Positions 18,311-28,215 of a stretch of DNA of 64,000 nt are shown piece by piece (the first letter of the stretch is position 1; every line of letters starts with the position of its first letter). The stretch comes from a bacterium (GTDB lineage: Bacteria > UBA8248), in NCBI GenBank assembly GCA_965199855.1, contig OZ241326.1, forward strand, positions 608,001 to 672,000, written 5' to 3'. A program made the position numbers and the translations under genes. Under the pieces are notes generated by a model that did no database searches, was not told where the DNA came from, and was given only the letters and a program-made list of their open reading frames with translations.

Positions 18311-19792
18311 GTGTTCTTCCTGGAGCAGCTCGTCCACGCGATGGACCCCTATCTGGTGTTCGTCTGCGTCCTGGGCACCATCCTGGGGCTGCTCTGGGGC
18401 TCGATGCCGGGCATCTCGACGACCATGTCCATGGTGCTGCTCATCGGCCTCTCCACCCAGATGAGCCAGGACGTGGCCATCATGTTTCTGCTGGGCGTCT
18501 ATACGGCGAGCGTCTTCGGCGGATCGATCACCGCGGTGCTGATAAACATCCCGGGCACGCCCGCCGCCGTTCCCACCATGATCGAGGGGCACCCTCTCGC
18601 CCGGAGGGGGGAGGGCGGGCTTGCGCTCGGCACGGCGCTGGCGGCGTCCTTTCTCGGAAACTGGGTGGGCATCCTGCTTCTGGTGGCGTTCATCCCCCTC
18701 ATTCTCCTGGTCGCCCTCCAGTTCCGCTCCTGGGAGATGTTTCTCCTCGCGCTGTGGGGAATCGCCATCTGCGGAACGCTCACCTCGGGAGAGGCGCCCA
18801 TCAAGGGCTGGATATCCGGCTGGATCGGGCTGCTCATCGCCTATGTCGGACTCGACAACATCTACGGCGTTCCGCGCTTCACCTTCGGGAGCGCGCTGCT
18901 CGAGGACGGCATCAGCTACATTCCGGTGATCATCGGCTTCTTCGGCCTCGCCGAGGTTCTCTGGGTGCTTCCCCAGAAGGCGCCGCCCGCGATTCCCGAG
19001 AAGGTGGACCGGGTGGTGCCCCCCTTCTCCATGCTGTGGCGATACGCGCGCTCCTCGGTGCGCTCGGGCCTCATCGGCACGGTGATCGGCGCGATTCCCG
19101 GGGCGGGCGGAAACATCGCCGCCTTCGTCGCCTACGACGTGGGAAAGCGCCGGGCGCGGCCCGAGGAGCGCGAGAAGTTCGGCAAGGGGAGCTACGAGGG
19201 CATCGTCTGCGGCGAGGTGGCCAACAACGCCTGCATCGGCGGAACCATCCTGCCCACGCTGACCCTGGGGATTCCGGGCAGCCCGCCCGCCGCGGCCTTC
19301 ATGGCGGCTCTCGAGCTCAAGCACGTGGTGATGGGCCCCACCATCAACATCGAGAACCCGGGCCTCGTCTATTTCATCTACGGCGCGCTCATCGTGGCCA
19401 ACTTCCTGATGTACGTCTTCGGCCTCCTGCTGGTGAAGCCGGCGGTGAAGCTCTACAGCCTGCCCCGCACCCTGCTGATGCCCGTCATCATCCCCATCTG
19501 CGTCCTGGGGGCGTACGCGGTGCGCCTGAGCATGTTCGACGTCTACGTCATGCTGGCCTCGGGGTTCGCCGGCTACGCCCTGAGGCGCCTCGGTCTTCCG
19601 CTGGCGCCCATGGTGCTGGCCGTCATCCTGGGCTCCCTGGCGGACGAGAACCTGCGCCGCGCCCTCATCACCTTCGAGAACAAGCCGTTCTGGCATTTCC
19701 TCTCCAGCCCCGTCGGGACCCTGCTGCTCTGCGTCTCCCTGTTCACGCTCTACGACGGCGTCTTCCGCCGCAGGCGCGCGGCGAAGACCTGA
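18311..19792 (+). CDS. tctA: Tripartite tricarboxylate transporter permease TctA
   Basis: GSMPG, GGSITAVLINIPGTP, EVANNA, PTLTLGIPG. GTG start inferred. Confidence 0.92.
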   Translation: MFFLEQLVHAMDPYLVFVCVLGTILGLLWGSMPGISTTMSMVLLIGLSTQMSQDVAIMFLLGVYTASVFGGSITAVLINIPGTPAAVPTMIEGHPLARRGEGGLALGTALAASFLGNWVGILLLVAFIPLILLVALQFRSWEMFLLALWGIAICGTLTSGEAPIKGWISGWIGLLIAYVGLDNIYGVPRFTFGSALLEDGISYIPVIIGFFGLAEVLWVLPQKAPPAIPEKVDRVVPPFSMLWRYARSSVRSGLIGTVIGAIPGAGGNIAAFVAYDVGKRRARPEEREKFGKGSYEGIVCGEVANNACIGGTILPTLTLGIPGSPPAAAFMAALELKHVVMGPTINIENPGLVYFIYGALIVANFLMYVFGLLLVKPAVKLYSLPRTLLMPVIIPICVLGAYAVRLSMFDVYVMLASGFAGYALRRLGLPLAPMVLAVILGSLADENLRRALITFENKPFWHFLSSPVGTLLLCVSLFTLYDGVFRRRRAAKT

Positions 19793-19862
19793 CGGCGAAA
19801 GGCGCGCTCCCGCCCGCGGTCGTCCGCGCCCTTTCGCCGCTTCACCCCCTTACTTTTCCCGT

Positions 19863-19890
19863 TTGACATTTCCGGAGCGGGTGGTAGCAT
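19863..19890 (+). promoter_or_regulatory. Sigma70-type promoter of the cupin-ABC operon
   Basis: TTGACA-16-TAGCAT with an extended -10 TG. Confidence 0.55.
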
Positions 19891-19965
19891 GAGCGCACAT
19901 CGTCAAAACGCGGCTGGGCGGCGGCCGCGCCTTGCGAGGTGCCCGTCGGCCCGAGGGGCGGAGCA

Positions 19966-20313
19966 TTGGCCGAGCGAGCGGCGCGCCTGATACGGCGCGA
20001 GGACTGCAAGCGCAAGACGCTCGACGGCGGGGCGCGCGCCTGGCGGGTGACCTCGAGGGAGGATCACGGCTGGAACGTCGACGCCTGGCTGACGGTCTTT
20101 CGCCCGGGCGAGACGCACGAGTGGCACGACCACGAGGAGGACGAGCTCATCTACGTCATCGAGGGCGAGGGCCGATACGAGCTGGAGGATCGGAGCATCG
20201 AGTTCCGGGAAGGGGACTGCGTTTTTCTCCCCCGAAAGACGAGGCACCGCAGCATGACGGGAGGAGAGCGGGACGTGAGGCTGCTGGCGGTATTTCACCC
20301 GGCGAGAGAGTAG
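19966..20313 (+). CDS. Cupin domain protein
   Basis: HEWHDHEEDELIYVIEGEG and GDCVFLP..HR cupin motifs. Start is uncertain (TTG 19966 or GTG 19939). Confidence 0.85.
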   Translation: MAERAARLIRREDCKRKTLDGGARAWRVTSREDHGWNVDAWLTVFRPGETHEWHDHEEDELIYVIEGEGRYELEDRSIEFREGDCVFLPRKTRHRSMTGGERDVRLLAVFHPARE

Positions 20314-20393
20314 GCGGGAGCTTTCGCCGGATTCGGTCGTTTTCTCTGGCTGGCGCGGAGGCGATGGCGCCCCACTCATGGAGGGAGGAGAAA

Positions 20394-21389
20394 ATGAAAA
20401 AGCTCAGCCTGGTTCTGATCGCGGCGGTCGCGGCGTTCGGCGCGGCGTCGAACGCGCTGGCCGCGAAAGGCGTCGTCCGCCTGATTCACGACAACACCTC
20501 GCACGCGGCCATCCCCTACATCGCGGAGAAGAAGGGCTTCTACAAGGCCGAGGGCGTCGAGGTGAAGCGCCGGGTCACGAGTCCGCGCGCCCTGATCGAC
20601 GCCTTGATCGGCGGCACCGCCGACATCATCAGCACGCGGGGCTCGCGCGTGGGCCAGATCGCCGCGCGCGGCCTGGACGTGGTGGGCATCGCCCTGAACC
20701 GCTACGGGAACCAGAACATGGTGCTGGTGCCCGTGAAGGACAAGACCACCAAGTCGGTGAAGGACCTGAAGGGCAAGACCGTGGGCGCGCAGATGGGCAC
20801 CGGCACCTGGGCCACCTGGATGACGTATCTCTCGCGCATCGGGCTCTCGGACAAGGACTTCAAGATTCGCAACACGAAGACGGGCTCGCTTCCCGCCGCC
20901 TTCGAGCGGGGCGCGCTGGACGCGGGCCTCACCTGGGAGCCCTGGGGGTCGATCATCGTGGACAAGGGGCTGGGCCGGATGGTCATGGGGCCCAAGGACT
21001 ACGATGATCTGCTGGGCTACACCTCGCCTGTGTTCCTGACGAGCTCGTGGTCCTACATCCGGCAGAAGAACCCCGACGGCGCGCAGCGCTTCATGAACGC
21101 CCACGTCCGCGCGATGCGCTTCCTGAACCGCCGCCGCGACGAGTCGGCGCAGCTGATGCGGGAGTTCTGGAAGAGCCAGGGCTTCGACTTCAGCGTGGAG
21201 AAGGTGAAGAACAACCTGTATCGGTTCATGCGCTGGGATCGCGCGATGATCACGCACCGCGACATCAAGGAGGTGCAGGACGGCGTCGACGTGAGCGTGA
21301 AGAAGGGCAAGCTGCCCAAGCGCATCGACGTCACGAAGCACATCGACACCATGCTGGTGGAGAACGCCTACTTCGCGCTGATGAAGTAG
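20394..21389 (+). CDS. ABC transporter substrate-binding protein, SsuA/TauA/NMT1 family
   Basis: Sec-pathway signal peptide, YIAEKKGFYKAEG, DLKGKTVG, TWEPW. GGAGGAG RBS. Confidence 0.88.
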   Translation: MKKLSLVLIAAVAAFGAASNALAAKGVVRLIHDNTSHAAIPYIAEKKGFYKAEGVEVKRRVTSPRALIDALIGGTADIISTRGSRVGQIAARGLDVVGIALNRYGNQNMVLVPVKDKTTKSVKDLKGKTVGAQMGTGTWATWMTYLSRIGLSDKDFKIRNTKTGSLPAAFERGALDAGLTWEPWGSIIVDKGLGRMVMGPKDYDDLLGYTSPVFLTSSWSYIRQKNPDGAQRFMNAHVRAMRFLNRRRDESAQLMREFWKSQGFDFSVEKVKNNLYRFMRWDRAMITHRDIKEVQDGVDVSVKKGKLPKRIDVTKHIDTMLVENAYFALMK

Positions 21390-21512
21390 GGCGAGGCGGG
21401 CGATTCCGAAGGGCTTTTGTCGGCGCCGCCGGCGCTCCCCCCGGAGGGGCGATCCGTCCCTCCGGAGGGAGGGATATACGCGCCCCCGGCGGGCGAAGGA
21501 GAACCGGAAACG

Positions 21513-22838
21513 ATGGACGCGCTTCAGAAAAAGGTTGTCGAGGCGGTGGATGAGGATTTCCTCGTCCGGACGACGATGGAGCTCGTGGACATTCCGAGTC
21601 CCACCGGCTCCGAGGAGGCGGCGGCCCGCTACATGAGCGCGAAATACGAGGAGGCGGGCTTCGAGGCGCGTCTCCAGAAGGTGGCCGAGGGCCGCTACAA
21701 CGCGGTCGGCGTCTCGCCCGGGACGGGCGGCGGCTATTCCCTGATGTTCAACGGCCATCTGGACACCTCCTATTCCGGCGAGGAGCCGGAGCTCACCCAG
21801 CCCGGCTACAAGAACAAGGCGATTCTGGATGGGGAGTGGATCATCGGAAACGGCGCCTTCAACATGAAGAGCGCCGACGTCTCCTACCTCGCCGCGGCCA
21901 AGGCGCTCGCCGACGCGGGCGTGAAGCTCAAGGGCGACATCGTTCTGGCCTCCGTCGTGGGCGAAATCGAGAAGAACCGGGTCGATCAGTATCAGGACGC
22001 GCTCTACGACGGCTACGGCGTCGGCACCCGGCACCTCATCTCGCACGGCTACCTGACGGACTTCTGCATCCTGGGCGAGCCGACCGGGATGCAGGTCGCC
22101 CCCTGGCACGGGGGCACGGTGTGGTTCAAGATCACGACGCGGGGGCTGATGGGCCATACCTGCTACGGCGACTACACGGCCAGCGCCATTGAGCGCATGG
22201 AGCGCGTGCAGGCGGCCATCCGCAAGTGGATTCCCGAATACAGGGGGCGCAACGAGTTCCTGGGGGAGCGTCCCCACGTCAACGTGGCCGCCATCGAGGG
22301 GGGATGGCCCTATCGTTGCGCGCGCTCGCCCGTGGAGTGCCGCCTTTACGTGGACGTCCGCCTCGTGCCGGGCCAGAAGATTCAGGACGCGCAGGCGGAG
22401 TTCAAGGGCGTCATCGAGGGCGTGAACCGGGAGCATCCCGACGTCGAGGCCAGGGTCGAGGTGTTCTGCTCGCATCCCCCCTCGGGCATCCCGGTCGATT
22501 CGCTGCCTTCCAAGGCCATGATTCGCGCGCACGAGGAGGTCATGGGCGAGAAGCCCAACGTCATCGTCAAGACCTCCTACCTCGACGGCGCCCACATGAA
22601 CCGCTACGGCATTCAGACCATCACGTATGGGCCGGCCGGCCACACCACGACGACGGACTACGGCTGGAACGCCGACATGGGCGAGCACGTCAACGTCAAG
22701 ACGCTGGTGAAGGCGACCAGGGTCTATGCGCTGGCGGCGCTGGACATCTGCTCGCGGGATCGGGACCCGGCCGCCATCCCTCCGGATCCCTACGCGAACC
22801 TGCCCGAGCCCGGGCAGATCGAACTTCTCACGGGCTGA
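21513..22838 (+). CDS. M20 family metallohydrolase (ArgE/DapE-like)
   Basis: IPSPTGSE, FNGHLDT, GNGAFNMK, VVGEI, GEPT. Confidence 0.88.
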   Translation: MDALQKKVVEAVDEDFLVRTTMELVDIPSPTGSEEAAARYMSAKYEEAGFEARLQKVAEGRYNAVGVSPGTGGGYSLMFNGHLDTSYSGEEPELTQPGYKNKAILDGEWIIGNGAFNMKSADVSYLAAAKALADAGVKLKGDIVLASVVGEIEKNRVDQYQDALYDGYGVGTRHLISHGYLTDFCILGEPTGMQVAPWHGGTVWFKITTRGLMGHTCYGDYTASAIERMERVQAAIRKWIPEYRGRNEFLGERPHVNVAAIEGGWPYRCARSPVECRLYVDVRLVPGQKIQDAQAEFKGVIEGVNREHPDVEARVEVFCSHPPSGIPVDSLPSKAMIRAHEEVMGEKPNVIVKTSYLDGAHMNRYGIQTITYGPAGHTTTTDYGWNADMGEHVNVKTLVKATRVYALAALDICSRDRDPAAIPPDPYANLPEPGQIELLTG

Positions 22839-22861
22839 AGGCCCGGGCGGGGGAGCTTCCG

Positions 22862-23722
22862 GTGGCGTCGGTCGATAAAGCGCGGGGCAGCTCCGGCGGG
22901 GCGGCGGGCGGCGGGAGGCGGCTCGGCCCCCCGAACTGGGGCGTCGTCCTGCGGAACTCCGGCAAGGCGCTCTTCCAGATGGCCGCGCCCCTCATCGGGT
23001 TGCTCGTCCTGTGGGAGCTGCTCGCCCATTCGGGGACGCTGCATCCCGTCCTGTTTCCTCCCCTCGAAACCATCTGGCTCACGATGGTGAAGCAGGCGCG
23101 CTCCGGCATCCTCTGGCTCGACATCTACGTCTCGCTCTACCGGCTGCTGATCGGCGCGGCGCTCGCCATCGTTTCGGGGACCATGGTCGGGCTGTGGATG
23201 GGAATGAGCCAGACGGTGGAGCGGGTTCTCGCGCCGCCGATGTATTTCTTCCTGGCCGTGCCGGGCCTCGCGCTGTTTCCCATCGTCATCCTGTGGTTCG
23301 GGCTGAGCGACTTCACCCTCATCTCCGTGCTGTGGTTCGAGGGCATGATCACCGTCATGGTGAACGCCTGGACGGGCGTGAAGACGGTGGACGCCTCCCT
23401 CATCCGCGCGGGCCGCGCCATGGGCGCGAAGGGGATGACGCTCTTCTTCCAGGTGATGGTTCCGGGGGCGCTGCCGAGCCTCATCGCGGGCTACCGCATC
23501 GCCTTCAGCCGCGCCTGGCGCATCGTCGTGACCGGCGAGATGATCGTCGCCCTCGAGGCCGGCCTGGGCTTCCGCATTTTCTCCGCCCGCGACTTCCTCG
23601 CGGCGGACATGATGTACGGCGGCGTGGTGGTCGTCGGCATCCTGGGCGTGATCGTGGAGCGCGTCTGCCTGCGGAGCATCGAGCTGGCCACGGTCCAGCG
23701 GTGGGGAACGCTGCGCGAATAG
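22862..23722 (+). CDS. ABC transporter permease, SsuC/TauC family
   Basis: VSLYRL, PGLALFPIVILWFG, EAA-like loop RAGRAMGA, PGALP, GEMI..GLG. Confidence 0.9.
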   Translation: MASVDKARGSSGGAAGGGRRLGPPNWGVVLRNSGKALFQMAAPLIGLLVLWELLAHSGTLHPVLFPPLETIWLTMVKQARSGILWLDIYVSLYRLLIGAALAIVSGTMVGLWMGMSQTVERVLAPPMYFFLAVPGLALFPIVILWFGLSDFTLISVLWFEGMITVMVNAWTGVKTVDASLIRAGRAMGAKGMTLFFQVMVPGALPSLIAGYRIAFSRAWRIVVTGEMIVALEAGLGFRIFSARDFLAADMMYGGVVVVGILGVIVERVCLRSIELATVQRWGTLRE

Positions 23723-23731
23723 GAGCGAGCT

Positions 23732-24547
23732 TTGTCGAATCCGGGCGCCGTGAAGCTTCAGGTCAGCGGTCTGGGCAAGGTCTTCACCATCGACGAGGGG
23801 TGGGGGCGGAGCACGGACATCACCGCCCTCGAGGGGGTGAACTTCGAGGTGCGCGGCGGCGAATTCATCTCCCTGATCGGGCCGAGCGGGTGCGGCAAGA
23901 GCACCCTCCTGATGATCGTGGCGGGCCTGTATGAGAAGACGGGGGGCGATCTCGTCCTGGACGGCCGCCGCATCGACGGCACGGGCTTCGACCGGGGCGT
24001 CGTGTTCCAGGAATTCGCCGTCTTCCCCTGGCTGACGGTCGCCGGAAACGTCCGCTTCGGAATGCGGATGAAGGGAATCCCGAAGCGGGAGCGCGACGCC
24101 GTCGTCGATCGCCTCCTGCGGCTCGTGGAGCTCGAGGGCTTCAAGAACGTCTATCCCTACCGGCTCTCGGGGGGGATGAAGCAGCGCGTCGGCATCGCGC
24201 GCGCCCTCGCCTTCGACCCCGAAGTCATGCTCATGGACGAGCCCTTCGGCGCCCTCGACGCCCAGACCCGCTCGAGCCTCCAGCAGCTTCTCGTCCAGGT
24301 GTGGATGGAGACCCACAAGACCGTCCTCTTCGTGACCCACAGCGTCCGGGAGGCGGCCTATCTCTCCGACCGGGTGCTCCTGATGTCGCCGCGCCCCGGC
24401 CGGGTGGCGGAGGAGATCAAAATCGATCTGCCGCGTCCGCGCGACGCCCTTTCGGTGGAGTTTCTCGCCTGCGAGCGGAAGGTGGCCGAGACGCTGGCGC
24501 GGCTGACGGGGCAGTCCGACGGCGGCCCCGCGTGGGTGACGGACTGA
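23732..24547 (+). CDS. ABC transporter ATP-binding protein, SsuB/TauB family
   Basis: GPSGCGKST, LSGGMKQR, MDEPFGALD, VTHS. Confidence 0.95.
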   Translation: MSNPGAVKLQVSGLGKVFTIDEGWGRSTDITALEGVNFEVRGGEFISLIGPSGCGKSTLLMIVAGLYEKTGGDLVLDGRRIDGTGFDRGVVFQEFAVFPWLTVAGNVRFGMRMKGIPKRERDAVVDRLLRLVELEGFKNVYPYRLSGGMKQRVGIARALAFDPEVMLMDEPFGALDAQTRSSLQQLLVQVWMETHKTVLFVTHSVREAAYLSDRVLLMSPRPGRVAEEIKIDLPRPRDALSVEFLACERKVAETLARLTGQSDGGPAWVTD

Positions 24548-24573
24548 ACTGCAGCCAGAGGAGAGCGCGAGAG

Positions 24574-25011
24574 ATGATCAAAAGACAGTTCATGCAGCCC
24601 GAGGACATGTGGTCCCGCGTGGAGAACGGCGAGCTGCTCTACGTGCCCGTGGTGACGATTCACGGCGCGGATCACGCCCACGTCTATCTTTCCGGCCAGG
24701 TGCCCCGAAGGCCCTCGGGCGAGGTGGAGGGCGTGGGCGACATGCGCGCCCAGATACGGGTCACCTGCGAGAACATCGGCAAGGGGCTGGCGCACGCGGG
24801 CGCGACGTTCGACGACATCGTCCGCTCCACGACGTATGTGACCGACATCATGGAGTATTACAGGCACTCGGACGAGCGCTTCAAATACTTCAAAAACGTT
24901 CGTCCGGCCAGCACGCTCATCGAAATCTCCCGGCTCGGCCCCCCCGACGCCCTGATAGAGATAGAGGTAGAGGCCATCATCGAGCCCGAGCGCCTGCGCG
25001 CCGCGCCCTAG
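24574..25011 (+). CDS. RidA (YjgF/YER057c/UK114) family protein
   Basis: VYLSGQ, RPASTLIEI, LIEIEVEA. Confidence 0.88.
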   Translation: MIKRQFMQPEDMWSRVENGELLYVPVVTIHGADHAHVYLSGQVPRRPSGEVEGVGDMRAQIRVTCENIGKGLAHAGATFDDIVRSTTYVTDIMEYYRHSDERFKYFKNVRPASTLIEISRLGPPDALIEIEVEAIIEPERLRAAP

Positions 25012-25187
25012 GCGGGATTCCGGGGGAGGCCGGCGGGCGAGGATCGCCCGCGCTTCCCGCGAGATTCTCTCCGCGGCGGCGCGCTCCCCGGTCGTCTTTC
25101 GCGGCCGGAAGCCGGATTTGCTCCCTTCAATCCGCGTGGGATAATATCGCCCGCGAATCCGCCCTGAAGTCCGGGAGACCCACCGCG

Positions 25188-28091
25188 ATGGCGACGGCGG
25201 CCACGACCGAGCCGGTCTTCAACTCCGCGTTCGGCCGCGCCCTGCGCGGAAAGCACCCGCTCTGGAAGGACGCGATAGGCGTCGAGCGCACCGGCGTCCT
25301 GCTGGGCGCGCCGGGCAGGCAGCCGGACATCCTCCTCGCGCCTTCGGGGAGTTCGCCCGTGGCGATTGAGGCGGAGTTCGCCCCCGCCGCCACGGTGGAG
25401 GCCGACGCCGCCTCTCGGCTGGGCGCGAACCTGGAGGGCGACGGCGGAAGGATAGAGAACGCCATCGCCCTCCGCATCCCTTCCGAGCTGCGGACCGTCC
25501 GCCAGAACGAAATCGAGGACGCCATCGGGCGGGCGGTCTTCGCCTACTGCGTTCTTTCCGAGACGAAAGCCGGGGGACGCCGGCGGTGGCCCGAAAGCGG
25601 CTGGCTCCACGGCGGCGTGGACGACGTGGCGAACTGCCTGGAGTCGGTCTCCCTCTCCGAGTCCCTCATCTCCAGGACGACGGACGTGCTCGAGGAGGGC
25701 GTCACCCAGGCCGCCAACATCCTGAAGACGGCGGAGGAGCCCATCCACCGGAGCATCGCCGCCCATCTCCACCAGGCGCCGGGCGAGCAGACCAACCGCA
25801 TGGCGGTCGCCATCATGGCCAACGCCGCCGTGTTCCACACGCGCATCGAGGGGCGGGAGGGCGTCCCCCTGCTGGACGACCTGAAGGGCCCGACCGGATT
25901 CTACAAGATAGGGGTCCTCGACTGCTGGCGGTGGACCATGGAGAACGTCAACTACTGGCCGATTTTCAGAATCGCGTCGGACCTGCTGGCGAAGGTGCCG
26001 ACGATTCAGGCGAACCGGATGCTGAACCGCCTCTACGGCATGGCGGGCAAGCTGGCGGACATGGGCGCGGCGAGCCTGAACGACCTCTCGGGGCGGATGT
26101 TCCAGAAGCTCATCGCCGACAGAAAGTTTCTCGCCACCTTCTACACCCTGCCGGTGTCCGCCGCCCTGCTGGCGGAGCTCGCCGCCTCCCGGCTACGGAC
26201 GGACTGGGAAAGCGCGGACGCGGTGAAGGGCCTGCGGGTCGCCGACCTCGCCTGCGGAACGGGAACCCTCATCGGCGCCCTTTATCACGCCGTTCTCGCC
26301 CGCCGCCGCCGGGCGGGAAGCGACGACGCCGAGATTCACTCCGCCATGATGGAGGAGTCCCTCTACGCCTTCGACATCATGCCCGCCGCCACGCATCTGG
26401 CGGCCTCCACCCTCTCGAACGCCCATCCCGCCGTCCTCTTCGGAACCACCCGCATCGTCACGATGCCCTACGGCTACGACGAGAACAGGCACCCGCACAT
26501 CGGCTCGCTGGAGCTCATCGTCCACGAGCAGGCGACCTCCCTCTTGAGCCTGGGCGGGGAGCGGGTCGCCGGCCGCCCGGGCGCGGAGACGGAGGAGGCG
26601 AGCAGGGCCGTCGGCGTTCCGCATGAATCGATGGACGTCGTGATCATGAATCCCCCCTTCACGCGCCCGACCAACCACGAGACGGCGGAGGTGCCGGTGC
26701 CCTCCTTCGCCGGCTTCAGCACTTCGGACGAGGAGCAGAAGGCGATGAGCTCCCGACTGAGGCTGATGCGCGGGCGCCTCCCGCATCCCGCGGGCCACGG
26801 AAACGCCGGGCTGGCGTCGAACTTCATCGACCTGGCGCACGCCAAGCTCAAGCCGGGCGGCGTCCTCGCGCTGGTGCTGCCGGCGACCTTCGCCCAGGGC
26901 GAATCGTGGGAAGCCGCGCGGAATCTTCTGGCCGAGCGCTACAGGGACGTAACCGTTGTCACAATCGCGACTGACGGGCCGACCGACCGGGCGTTTTCCG
27001 CCGATACCGGAATGGCGGAAGTGCTGGTCGTCGCCACCAGACGGGACGAAGAAGACGAAGACGGCGAATCGACCTTCCAGTTCGTCAATCTTCATCGGCG
27101 TCCGGTTCATCATCTGGAGGCGGTGGAACTGGCGAAGTTCATGGCGGGGACGGATCGCCGGCCGGGGACGGGGAGTATCGTTTTCGGCCGCGAGGGCAGG
27201 AGCGGCGAGATCGCGGTCGGGGGCAGCTACATCAACGCCGAACAATTCCACTGCGGCTGCGCGGGTCTGGCGCATCATCATCTCGCCCGCTTCATGCTTT
27301 CGCTCGCGGAAGGCGAATTGCTGGCGATCAGACGAAACAGGGCGGCGGGCATACCCTTGACGAGCCTGAAAAACCTGGGCGAGCGGGGGCTGCTCAGCCG
27401 CGACCTCACCGGCGCGCCGCCGAGGGGGCCGTTCAAGAAGATTCCGTTGTCGCCGGGGCAGTTGCCGGCCTATCCCGCGCTCTGGACCCATGACGCGCGC
27501 CGGGAGCGCTCCTTCATGGTGGAAGCGGACTGCGAATTGCGGAGCAGGGAGGGGAGCGAAGAGCAGGCGGCCGATGTCTGGCAACGCTTCGCCTCCCGGC
27601 TTCATCTGACGGTTAATTTCCAGGTCAACTCGCAAAGCCTGGCGGCCTGTCTGACGCTGGAGAAAACCCTGGGCGGCACAGCCTGGCCGAACTTCATTCT
27701 GGAAGACATCGAACATGAAAAGGCCGTCCTGCTCTGGTTCAATTCGACCTTGGGCCTGATGGGTTACTGGTGGGCGGGGACAAGGCAGCAACTTGGCCGG
27801 ACGAGGGTCCAAATCACGACTATTCCCTCCCTGCTCTCCATTGACGCCCGAAAATTCGACAAGAGCTCCTTGCGCAAGGCGGATTCTCTTTTCGAGCGGT
27901 TCCGCGGCGTCGAGTTTCTCCCCGCGAACGAGAGCTACCGCGACCCCGGCAGAAAGGCGCTCGATGAGGCTCTGCTCGTGGATCTGCTCGGTGTTCCGGC
28001 GGAGCTGATGGACGATTTCGACCTCGTTCGCCGCCAGTGGTGCGCCGAGCCGAGCGTGCACGGGGGCAAGAAGACGCGGCTCCGAGCGTGA
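25188..28091 (+). CDS. Type IIG-like restriction-modification fusion (N-terminal PD-(D/E)xK-like domain, m6A methyltransferase, C-terminal specificity region)
   Basis: PDILL..AIEAE at the N-terminus, FYT, DLACGTGTL, MNPPF, FSADTGMAE, WCAEPSVHGGK. 967 aa. Confidence 0.85.
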   Translation: MATAATTEPVFNSAFGRALRGKHPLWKDAIGVERTGVLLGAPGRQPDILLAPSGSSPVAIEAEFAPAATVEADAASRLGANLEGDGGRIENAIALRIPSELRTVRQNEIEDAIGRAVFAYCVLSETKAGGRRRWPESGWLHGGVDDVANCLESVSLSESLISRTTDVLEEGVTQAANILKTAEEPIHRSIAAHLHQAPGEQTNRMAVAIMANAAVFHTRIEGREGVPLLDDLKGPTGFYKIGVLDCWRWTMENVNYWPIFRIASDLLAKVPTIQANRMLNRLYGMAGKLADMGAASLNDLSGRMFQKLIADRKFLATFYTLPVSAALLAELAASRLRTDWESADAVKGLRVADLACGTGTLIGALYHAVLARRRRAGSDDAEIHSAMMEESLYAFDIMPAATHLAASTLSNAHPAVLFGTTRIVTMPYGYDENRHPHIGSLELIVHEQATSLLSLGGERVAGRPGAETEEASRAVGVPHESMDVVIMNPPFTRPTNHETAEVPVPSFAGFSTSDEEQKAMSSRLRLMRGRLPHPAGHGNAGLASNFIDLAHAKLKPGGVLALVLPATFAQGESWEAARNLLAERYRDVTVVTIATDGPTDRAFSADTGMAEVLVVATRRDEEDEDGESTFQFVNLHRRPVHHLEAVELAKFMAGTDRRPGTGSIVFGREGRSGEIAVGGSYINAEQFHCGCAGLAHHHLARFMLSLAEGELLAIRRNRAAGIPLTSLKNLGERGLLSRDLTGAPPRGPFKKIPLSPGQLPAYPALWTHDARRERSFMVEADCELRSREGSEEQAADVWQRFASRLHLTVNFQVNSQSLAACLTLEKTLGGTAWPNFILEDIEHEKAVLLWFNSTLGLMGYWWAGTRQQLGRTRVQITTIPSLLSIDARKFDKSSLRKADSLFERFRGVEFLPANESYRDPGRKALDEALLVDLLGVPAELMDDFDLVRRQWCAEPSVHGGKKTRLRA

Positions 28092-28215
28092 ACGCGGCGG
28101 CCCCGCCCGAACGCGTGACGCCCGCCCCCCGGCTCGCGGTCGGCGAGATTTACCCCCCGCGCGGGATCGTGTAGATTCTCCTCATCGCTCACCCCAAAAT
28201 TCCGGAGCCCTCCGA

